This document shows, piece by piece, positions 26,075-36,931 of a DNA stretch of 64,000 nucleotides (within the stretch, counting starts at the first letter, position 1; each line of letters starts with the position of its first letter). The position numbers were made by a program, and so were the translations under genes. A model generated the notes under the pieces. The model was not told the DNA's origin, searched no databases, and saw nothing but the letters and a program-made list of their open reading frames with translations. Source of the stretch: Auanema rhodensis (taxonomy: Eukaryota; Animalia; Nematoda); the NCBI GenBank assembly GCA_964057225.1, contig OZ059896.1, forward strand, positions 15,252,001 through 15,316,000, in the 5' to 3' direction.

Positions 26075-27122
26075 GTTGTTGAAATATCATATTCATTTCT
26101 TGAATTGAAGCAGCTTCTTCTTTATTTCTGAAGATTTGCTTGCCTTGTTGATCTGTTTTCTCTCGAATGTTTTCTTTTAGAAGCTGAGCTTCATACTTAT
26201 TTGGTATATTAGATATACTCATTTTCATTAAAAATCCTACTCTGTATACATGTAACACACAAGTCTCTAACTCTCTGTGGATTTCAAATCTTGTTGTATT
26301 TACTATTTTCTTTTTATTATTAATAATAATCATATTCATAATTATAAAAGCCGTAATAATTTTGAGAATATATGTTTTCTCGTAATCCTTATGCATTATA
26401 TTCCACTTTTCATATCATATGACACCGATCCACCCTATAGTTTTATTGAAGTTTTATATTCAGACGTTTTAGTTTGAACTCTTCTTTTTTGATACTTGTT
26501 CAGCTTTCTCTTAACTAAACGGGCATTTGAACCTCTTTACAATTCTTCTCCATACCTATCTCTTTACCTATATTCAGCATATTTGTAATATATAGTATTA
26601 GATAATATGAGTTCTACTTGTATGATAACTTATTGTCGTTATGATTTTTTTGAAAGCTTTTCGTTTTAATTCTATATTAATGTCTATACCTCGCGCTATA
26701 TCTTGAAATTTGAGTACTAAATCATAAAAATCTTTTGAAATATCTATGTATATTAAATATTTTCTATGAATCTAATGTACTCTTTCAATTTAATCGCTGA
26801 AAAACACAAGGCAATTCAAATCTTCTAAATATATTGTTGTGTGACATAATGCTAAACGTTTCATTTTCTTTTTCAAATAATATTTCATTTCAATGTATTG
26901 TATTGAACTTGCAATTTTTCCCTGTAATTCGTTCTGTATTTTCATTGTTTTGAGATTTCTTTGTAATAAAACTATAATCTAACACCTGATCTTATAATGT
27001 GTGGGTGTTCTTCAACATATTTCACAGGATGAGCAGGAAAGGGCGGATCATACTGAGGGGCTGGGCCAGAATTTTAAGCTAACGTAAACTGTTCTAAAGG
27101 CATATTCTCGTCAGTTCAAGTC

Positions 27123-27868
27123 ATGAACAGCCTGAAGATCGTCGTCGCCGCTGCTGCAGTGCTCGCTGTAGCCTTTTGTGCAGATACTTCTGCCCCCAAC
27201 ACCGTAAATAATAATATATTCAGCTTAGTTCTTCATTTTATCCCTTTCAGAACATCAAGGAAGAGGGAGCTGGAGGATATGGTCTTCCAGCTCCGATTTA
27301 TGACCAGCCACAACCATACTATGGATATGACGGATATTTCCCATATACCCCTAACTTCCTCGTTGACAGTACGTTTCTGCTTTTCTGCAAGTTGCATCAA
27401 TGTATTTCAGACCACTTCTGCTCCTTTGATGTTTCTTATCTAGTATACGGAGGAGTCAAGAAGCATAGTAAGAAATTTCATTTTCTTATTTCTGTTTAAC
27501 ACTTCCAAACTCAGATCGTCACCCATTCCAACACTCCTGTGATGCCGTCTTCAAAGGCAAGAACAAGAAAAACAAGAAAAGATACAGTTGCAAACGTTGT
27601 TGTCAAAATGCTGCTCGTCTTAACGGAGTTTCTCAGGTAAAAATTACAGATTTGTGATTGCATAAATAGTTTTTCAGAAAGCCGTCACTGGATTCGAGGT
27701 TGTTATCAACGAGAGAGCTCGCTGTACCTGTTGCGCCCCCATCACCCAGGCATTTCTATTTCAATAAATACAACAAAATCTAATTGATTGTTTTAGGCTG
27801 TTGCTCAACCTCTCGTTCAACCATTCATGCACTCAATGCAAGCTGCTGCTCCAAGTGCTGCTTACTGA
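27123..27868 (+). CDS. Small secreted Cys-rich protein
   Basis: Signal peptide MNSLKIVVAAAAVLAVAFCA, a Y/G/P-rich segment, then LCSFDVS..SCD..SCKRCCQNAAR..RCTCCAP. Strong codon bias, AATAAA ~27924. Confidence 0.8.
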
Positions 27869-28026
27869 TTTCCCTCTTCAATCAATCATCGAATGATGAT
27901 GACATAACTTCCAACTTTTTAGCAATAAATCTTTTTCAATATTCCAATTTTTAAATTTACAAATATAATGTGTGAATTGACTATATTTATATGAAATAAC
28001 TTTTTTAAATACAAATTCCTAATCTA

Positions 28027-29227
28027 TTATTCCCGTACTTTAAAAGTAGAAATATTTAGAGCATCCTCTTCCGATAAAAACGAAATAGGCTGACCATCAT
28101 CAAATCTAATATGACGTTTCTGAAGATATATGAAATTCTCTAAAATCAAAACATACTCCTACCCCAAGATCAATTACAGCTTTATATCTAAATAGAAAAT
28201 CTAAGCCTAAAATCATATCAACTTCTGCAGCCGATTGATTCAGCACAGATAATGGTCCCGAAAGTTTCTCCTTTCCAATTGTTAAATCACCCAAAATATA
28301 TCATCTTGTTTTGAAATCGCTTATATATTTGACATACAATACATTATCGTCCCAATTGCATCAACCGACTCTCCTGCTAAACCGACAGCTTTTTCTTTCC
28401 ATCTAGGATCCACCAAATCTTTAATTTTACATTTAGCTGCTGCGGCTTGAGTCAGAATAGATACTTGAGCACCTAAAACAATAACCATTTCAAGCAAATG
28501 GTATATGTTCAAGCAAGCAAGTACCTGAATCAACTAAAGCTATAAGTTCTGTGTCATTGATGCAAACGTTAATGTACGCCATTCCATTTTTATTAAATGA
28601 ATCCGGAGCTTTTTCAACGCCTGTTTTTAAATTACTGAAGGAATATATTGTATATGCTTTTCTTAATCTACTATACTTCTGCAAAAGTTGTTTCTGATTA
28701 TCAGCTAAGCTCGAATACGGCGAGCGTGGGGGTGATGCTGCAATGTTTCAATTAAAGAGCTGATATCCAATGACACATATATCACCATACGGGGACCTGG
28801 TAGTTAATGTTTCTGGGGTTCCGAAAGAAAAAACATCTCCTTCCTGAATACCTAAACTCTGAAATTCAACTGTTCGCGATTACAATTAATGTTGCTTCAT
28901 AGAAGGATATAGAAAATGTAAATTAAATTATAACTCTTTGATATGTGCTGAAATTTTTTTAACTACAAAAACATACTCCAATTGTAGTTACATCGGTGAA
29001 TTCAATCGATTTTGAATTAACAAAAATATCTAAACACTTCTTATCTTCATCATCAGCTTTGCGTAAATGTTCATGAGCCAAAGCTACAAGAGTACGAATA
29101 GGAAAATCCTTTGCTACCTTAATTTAATTTATAAAATTTAAATTCTAATAATTAGACTAAAATGTGAAATAATCAAACTTACATTTAATTGAATATTTTC
29201 ACCTTCATGCACAACTGTTATTTCCAT
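28027..29227 (-). CDS. DDI1-like protein: ubiquitin-like domain plus retroviral-type aspartyl protease
   Basis: The UBL ends SLGIQEGDVF, followed by EKAPDSF..MAYINVCIN..ALVDSGAQVSILT..AAKCKIKDLVDPRW..AVG..DMILGLDFLFRYKAVIDL, the DDI1 RVP signature. Confidence 0.88.
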
Positions 29228-29820
29228 TCGAAATGAACAAAATGAACCAGCATTTATTGCGGTTTGTGTACAAGAACACGAAGAGAACGTTTAAATATTT
29301 AATATTTGGTACTTGTTATTGATTATTTAGTTATCTTCGATCATTTATAAAAATGAGAAAGTTATCGTCATCTTCTTTTCTTTTTTTGCACATTATTGCA
29401 ATTATATATTTGGCCTTTGATTAATTTAAAATATTGTTCTTCTGAGCTATGTAGTTTTCATTATACTCTACTTGTAAAGATTGGTAAAACTTTTACTAAT
29501 ATTCCATATCTACCTAAGCTTACTGTATTTGTAATAGCTAATATTTGATCATTGAGGAAGACTATTGAATCAGTCGGAACTAGAAGGTTCCTGTCGCCAT
29601 GGAAATAAGTTTCCAATGAATTTTAATATTTCTCAATACATCCACCTATGTGAAAAATTGTAAATTTTTATGTTTAACAGAAGCTATATTATGTATATAT
29701 GATATAGTATTGTTTTTATTTATTTATTTAAAATTTTAATAATGTTTCAATAAATTTTGTTTAGTTAATATATTTCGGATACAACTATTTCTCTAATATT
29801 GACAATGAAAATGACCTTAC

Positions 29821-29990
29821 CAAAACTTTACGCGTAAATACGTTCCTGTAATCTGAGTTTAAACAACTTATCCGTAACCATTTGATCGATTTTGAATCAA
29901 AAAGTAAATACTTTGCATGCTTATCATCTGATGTATTTACATAAATGCTGTTGAACAGAAATACAAATGGGAAAACTTTTCAATCGTTTC
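29821..29990 (-). pseudogene. Frameshifted relic of the DDI1-like UBL region
   Basis: Different frames give KSFPI..QHLCK, DDKHAKYLLFDSKSI and TDKLFKLRLQE, against KDFPI..EHLRK, DEDKKCLDIFVNSKSI and TDVTTIGSLGIQE in the neighbouring gene. Both share TCGATTTTGAAT on the + strand. Confidence 0.5.
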
Positions 29991-30929
29991 TAAATCGTGA
30001 TGTTAACAACTTAATTCCGGAGGAAACGAGCACCGTTTTCTTATAGTTCGTAAGTTGGCAGTTACCAAAGCTCTAGTTCTGCTAAGAACAGATAAAACAT
30101 CGACTATGTCCAATGAAAGTTGTAACTTTATTATTTTGAATTCCGGGTTTGTTTTTTGTTTAGAAACTTCTAATTGATTTCTCCAAATTAGTGTTTATAA
30201 GATTTTGTCCTTTCTGTCAGTTTAAAATATGATTTTGATAAAGATCTTCGTCAAATGAAATTCATAAAAACGATTTGATAAAAACTTCCCAAATGCACAT
30301 TAGAAAGATAAATTGTCATATAATAATTGTTAAACGAGGTCTTTAAATGAAAGTGACTAAAGAAATATACCATCTGGTAAAGTTTGCTTCCATATTAGTG
30401 ATAAAAGTGTTGCTTTTTCATTTAGACTCTTATATAGATCTTAACTAAATTTTGAAATTTTAAACTTTTGTATTTCTTGTTGGCTTTTCACTTGTCTGTT
30501 CACCTGGTCGAATTCAGATTATCGATTTTCTCGCTCTAAACCAATAGCACCGCAATTTTGTTCGCATACATTTATGTCTAACCTTCACATTTCGCTTTCC
30601 TTTTTTACAAATAAGCAAGATAGTTTCAAAAGCTTTCATTTCTTTCAAGAGTCCAAAATGTTTTCTGAATCTATTCGTTGGTTTCACCATGTTTTCATAG
30701 TGGCGAAGGCGGTGCTTGCCTGTTGTGCCGTTGTTACGAAATATATTTTAAGGTCACCATGGAACGGAATCATTCATACATAATCTTCTTCACCCAAACA
30801 AAGTTTTTATGGAATTTTTTTTCATTATTTCACTGAGCTATAAGTTATATGCTTCCTAGCAACTCATATTTCTCTATTACTCTGAATTTGAGTCAAATAT
30901 TTTGAAGTTTAATTCTATTCTTTACAGTT

Positions 30930-33395
30930 ATGACTGATCAAGATATTTCTACTGTTTCTATTGGAAACCCATATCCAAAACCTAGCGAGAAAGTCGAAGC
31001 TCTGTTTGCGGAAGTTGAAAGGTTTTATTATTTTCATAAGAACTCTGAAACTATTTTCTTTTCTATTAGATTGGGAAGTATTGTTGCACAGAATTTGCCA
31101 AAGCAATCTGATGACTCATCTCATAGTATCTTGAATGCGACCGAAACACGTCACCAAACGGACCAAATTAGAGAAGATCAGGTAATTTTGAATAGAATCA
31201 AGATATTTTTAATTTCATATTTCCAGGTTATGAATAAAGCTGGTGGATATGTCTTTAAAGTTTCTGATGAGACACAGATTCTCAGATTTTTGATTCTTGG
31301 AACAGCCGGAAATACTTATTATACAACTGAAAAAGAATTAACTGCTGAAAATCTGACTGAGCTTATCAAGATCATACAGAAAGGTATTCGTTCCTGGAGA
31401 AATTTAATTACATGTTGGGTTTTCTAGGAAATGCTCATCTAATTCTTCGTTTGATCTATGAAGTTTCAATCTCAGGACGAAACCCTAAACAGAATGCTCT
31501 CATGTTAGCCCTAGCTTTGTGCTCAAGGTATTGATTTGCAAATTACTTCTAGTATAATATTAGTTTTTAGATATCAAGTCGGTATGAAAAAACAGGCAGA
31601 TGGTCCATCAAAGGATTACAATGATTATTTGAGTGCGATGCATCAAGGAGCGTTCTCTATTATTAATGAGGTTTGTTATTCTTTTCTTCGAGTTTACTAA
31701 TTAGTTAAATCTCAGGTATGCCGAATTCCTACTCATCTGTTCGCTTTTGTAAAGAATTGTGAAGTCGTATCGAAGGCTACAGGTGTAGATGGATTGAACA
31801 AATCTACTGGATGGGGACGTTTGATGAGAAGTAGCATCTGCAAATGGTTAGTGTTATAAATTTTTACTAATATTCATCATGCATATTGTGTTTAAGGTAC
31901 TATTCTCAAACACCTGAAAGATTAGCCATGCAAGTTACCAAATACAAAAAGCGAGAAGGTTATTCTCATAGAGACTTATTCCGTTTGGCTCATCCATTAC
32001 CCAAAAAGCATATAATGCAAGAAGGCCAAAAACTTGAAGTCGAACAGATATACCACTACATCGTCAAGGATTCACTTCGTACTAGAAAGAGACGTCTTTC
32101 GCAAGAAGAATGTGCTGCCGAGGCTCCAGAAAGCAAATATTCTGCAATTGATATGGATTATGAGAAGGACAGCAAGTATGCTTACTGTTATTTTTTTATT
32201 ATTAAAAATGTTTTTCAGGGTTTTGGATATGATTGAAGCTTACCTCCAGCTTAATGAGGAAACATCAGTTGAGCAAGTTGTCCATGCTATTAAGACCCAC
32301 AGTAAGTTTTCATGTTCTCTTATGTTTTTATGAATAATATTTCCCAGATCTTGTTCGAGAGCATATTCCTACTAATCACCTGAATAGCGTCCCAGTGTGG
32401 CAGGCTCTTCTTGATAAAATGCCGATGACAGCTTTGATTCGAAACTTAGGAAAATTGTCAGCGATTGAAGCTTTGAATGAGTAAGTTTATAATACCTGTA
32501 TTGATAAAAAAAATACATTTTTTCAGCGATTGGGTGAATAAAGTTGTTAATATGCTTAACGATGAATCTCAATTGAAATCTGCCAAGATTCATCCTTTGA
32601 ATGTTCTTTTAGCCAAGAGTGTATACGCAATGGGACGTGGAGAAAAGGGAAAACTAGAATGGAAAACAGATCCAAGAGTATGAATGCTTGAACTTATCAT
32701 CAATTCAGTTCTTTTTAACAGGTTGACCAAGCCTTAGAATCTGCATTCTATAAATCTTTCATGAATGCTCCACCGACTAACAAACGAATTTGCTTTGCTT
32801 TTGACGTTTCTGGTAGTATGACGGCACACATCTCAGGAACTCATCTATCTTGCCGTACAGCTAGTGCAGCTCTTTCATTAATTAGTTTGAAAAATGAGAA
32901 AGATGTAAGTTCAAAAGACTTCGAAATTTGGAAAATCTGTATTTTTAAGGTTGAATGTGTTGGCTTCTGTGATAATTTGGTCGAACTTCCTTACAATAAA
33001 GATTGGAACCTGAAACAAATTGAGGATCATATGGATGGTCTTACAGTAAGTTTTTGATTTTTAATTTGGAGATAATATGTTATTCAATGATATTTCAGTT
33101 CGGAAGCACTGACTGTGCTCTTCCAATGCTATGGGCCATGGAAAATAATAAGAAATTTGATGTCTTCATAGTCTATACTGATAGTGAAACATTTTATGGG
33201 AAAGTTCATCCATTCGAAGCTCTTCGACGATACAGAGCTCATTCCGGAATAAGGGATGCTCGTCTTATAGTCATGGGAATGCTATGTACTACCCACACAA
33301 TCGCTGATCCATCCGATGCTGGTATGCTTGATATATCAGGCTTTGATTCTGCAGTACCTCAACTGCTCCACGAATTTGTTTGTGGAAAATTGTAA
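30930..33395 (+). CDS. rop-1: Ro60 (TROVE + vWA) Y-RNA-binding protein
   Basis: [120 protein letters not shown]. Confidence 0.97.
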
Positions 33396-33596
33396 ATCTA
33401 AATTGTGAATGAAATTGAAGATGTGATAGATGATACATTCTTTGTATAGTATTGTTGTTATTTATTTATTTAGATCTCTATAATTTTAATAATGTTATAA
33501 TAAATTTTTTATAATTTTATATATTTTGTATCGAATATTTTCAATGTTGGATACATCCAATTGACCCGTCGTATCCATTTTTGTCTTGAAGAAGTT

Positions 33597-36295
33597 TTAA
33601 TTGGATTCCAGGTAGTTATTAAATATTGCTGTGTGTGCTACATCTTGCCATGATATGGGAACATGTTCGAATTCTGTACCACTCATCAGCATGCCACGAC
33701 ATCTGTAAATTCAAGTTCATTTGTTACTTTTCGTTACACAGATCACTAACCCTGCACTGCTCTGCTGACACATTTTGTTAGATCCCGTCAGCTCGGTGCC
33801 GAATGCTTCACGTCGACATTGTTCCAGATTCCTCATAATTTCCCTTGCTTCTAGAGACCAAGGTGATAACATGAGGTCTGAAATATAAAAAATTAATATT
33901 AAACGCATATGGTGTCATGTTTATAGTATGCAACCAATCTGCGAAACTCATAAATGAAAATGAAGTTTGAGTAAGCGAATGCAACTTGAATTATCATAAT
34001 AGTATACGTAAATAGCATTTCAAATAGATAATATTAGTATCATACTTCCAAATGTTGTATTGCTAATTCTGATGTTAAAATTGTGTTGCATCGTGTCACT
34101 AAGTTGATTCAGCATGCTGTAGTCAAATTTGGAATCAAATACATGCTTCGTTTCTCGCAAATGTCGTTCAAACCTTCTAAAAATTAAAAATATTTCAAGC
34201 TGATATCCTAATTAAGTATTATAACCTCAAGTGTAAACAGAAAATTCTTGTTGTTTTCAAAGCAAATGCAGTATCATACCGTCGTTTACGATTTGATGGT
34301 AATCGTTCATTTCTGTATACACTATGCATATCAAACACAACGACCTAAATTCAATAAATGCGTTTTTGTTTTAAGACATGAATCATCGTTTAGAATTCAA
34401 AATCATACTCTTTCTGGTCGATGGAAAATTTTATTTGATACTCGATAATCCCATCGAACGCTGCTGTTTGCAAACAAGCGCACATCGGATAATGACAAAG
34501 GCACGTCCATTGGCCGATTGATGTTATCCCAGTCTAGCTGAAATCTCGAAATCTATTAGCGTCGTAGCCAGACATATTGCGTTTTATGAATAGAGGAAAA
34601 AATGTTGATGACAAACCGAAAGTTGCTTAGCTAATAGCCATTCCACAACGACTTGGCCTGCAGTTGGTTGATTTTTCATAATATCGTCCAAAGTATCGGC
34701 TATATTACCATTTTGGGCAAATGGGAAATCATCCAAATCAAAGTTAGCTATATATTTGACATGGGATCTGTTAATTTGATTGAATGAAAGGACGAAATAA
34801 AAAGAATTTATAAAAGAAAATACCTCGCTCGTAGCATGCAATCGTGCATGAAAGCTGTAGCTGCGTGTCGGAAGACATGACTGTTTGGATCATCATTGTA
34901 TTCTCCTTGATTCTAAAATTTGTAATAAAAGATATTTAAAAGAACAAACATTTAAGCTAAGTTTATGAATCTTAAGAAAATCAATAAAATGGATTACCCT
35001 TTGATGTACTGGTAGATCAGACCAATTAATTAGCTCCAAATCATCTCCTAATTTCTGCTTATAGAAATCCAAAACCATTTTTGTCTAATAATTTAATTTT
35101 TTAAATAAATAAAATACAAATATTTAGCTTTAAAATTACCTGTTTAGTATAACTATGAAGGTAAAAATAAAATTTAGTTGCACCCTGAGCGAGCCATGAT
35201 TCGAAGAACTGTAATTCGAATATATACATTCATATATAAGGAATAAGTTACAACTTTTTAAAAACTATATTTTTGAGAATAAAAATTAATTAAAAGCCAA
35301 TATGCTTACTTGAATGATTAGTGGCCAATCAGAATAGTAGAATATAGGCTGAAGGCAAACACCAACTCGATGTTGATATTGATTTTCTTCTTGAATTCGA
35401 ACATCCCTTAAGGAAACTGTTACCGTTTTTCTTCTAATTCATTCAATTACCTAACTTTTATATTGAAGTATTCAGGATTTCCAACAATGGCTAAGCTCAT
35501 CTTATCCACTTTTTCAACTGTTGGATCAATTCGTAAAATTCCTATACGAGTAGCTAAATCACAGAAGAGAATATCATCACAAGTCTTATTATAACAGAAA
35601 GCTTTAACTAAGTTCCAATTAGTTCCATCAACTTTAGCCTCCAGTTTGTGTCTGAAAAACTTAGGCCATAGTACATGTATTACATCTACCAGCTTACTGA
35701 TTATCACGATGTTGTAGAAGCACAAAGCGGATAGTATCATTCAGAACACGAAAAGCTTCAGCTACGTAAATCCCATTGATCTTACGAGCTGAAAAAGAGC
35801 AAAATTTTAAAAATGTTTTACTAGGAAAACTGACGTTTTCTAACAATAGGTGATAATATAGGTTGATCATCATAAATTATTTCTCGATCATCATGAACTA
35901 TGTTATCCTCTACTATAACTATATGCGGCTTAGATGATATCAAGATACTAACACCTGGAAAGAAATATGTGAATAATAGATGATTGTAGCTATGATCTGA
36001 ATAGTTTTCTTTCTTAAATTTTTTAGACCTGTCTCTCTCTATCTCTCTCTCTATCTTTCTCTCTCTCTCTCTCTCTATCTCTCTCTCGCTCTCTCTATCT
36101 CTCTCTATTCGTGTGTAATGAGCCAATAGACATGTTAAATCAGTTTTAACTAACTTTCACCCAATCGAAAACAAAATGTCATAAATCAAAGAAAAAATAA
36201 AATAAAATTAGTTTATTGATTAACTTACTTCCAAGAAATATTAAACAACTAATTATTAGAACAATATACTTAGTATAGATACGTGACGTGAACAT
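33597..36295 (-). CDS. Glycosyltransferase family 92 (DUF23) type II membrane protein
   Basis: N-terminal TM (YIVLIISCLIFLG), VGVCLQPIFYYSDWPLIIQFFESWLAQGATKFIFY, MHDCMLR, YIANFDLDDFP (DxD-like), KIFHRPE. Confidence 0.85.
36031..36106. repeat. Degenerate (TC)n microsatellite in GT92 intron 1
   Basis: Visible dinucleotide run. Confidence 0.9.
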
Positions 36296-36931
36296 GTCAA
36301 CGTATGCTACACGACTTGAAGTGTCGTTCTTCCTAGGTATGTAGCTAGTTGGAAAATATTTGGAATCTTGGATGGTCGATGAGGAATCAACCCAAGTTGT
36401 TAAAATGAAATCTAAAGCAAAGTTCCAAGTTGGATCGTAGGATAGTGCGAAAAAGAAGAATGGATTAGTTTCAAACAAGGAGAGATTCAGAAGAAGGTAC
36501 AATGAAAGCCGGATGTTCTGTCTCGTTTCTTTCTATAAGGCTTGCGCATGCGAGCTGGAGCGATGTTATCGCACAATCTCATCGTTCCCAATCGTTTCTT
36601 CTCTAACTCCTCTAGCTATATGAATGTGTACAGATCATCTTATTTAAATGGTCTCGCATGTAGAATTGAAAAAAGTCAAACTTTTACAAATTGAGTTATC
36701 TAGTTTTAATGTGTGTGTGTCTCTCTCTAATTTCTCGAGATATAGTTCATGTGTGACTTTTTCCTTTCTTTCTTTCTTTCTTTTTTTGAAGAAATTAAAT
36801 TCTTTCTTACATACATACAAATATGTACACAGAATAATCAGAAACAATTAAAAATACAAGTATAAACATGAAGAAGATGATCAATTCATTAGCCATCATT
36901 CATTTTTTCTCTCCTTTTTCCAAATAAAGCT

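Noticed and set aside
28321-28684. Retroviral-type protease as evidence for an LTR retrotransposon
   Set aside because: The gene has introns and a UBL domain and lacks gag, RT, integrase and LTRs, so it is a cellular DDI1-like gene.
29300-33600. Canonical Y RNA or sbRNA gene next to rop-1
   Set aside because: No GUCCGA/UUGAC bulged-C stem with an oligo-U terminator was found by eye.
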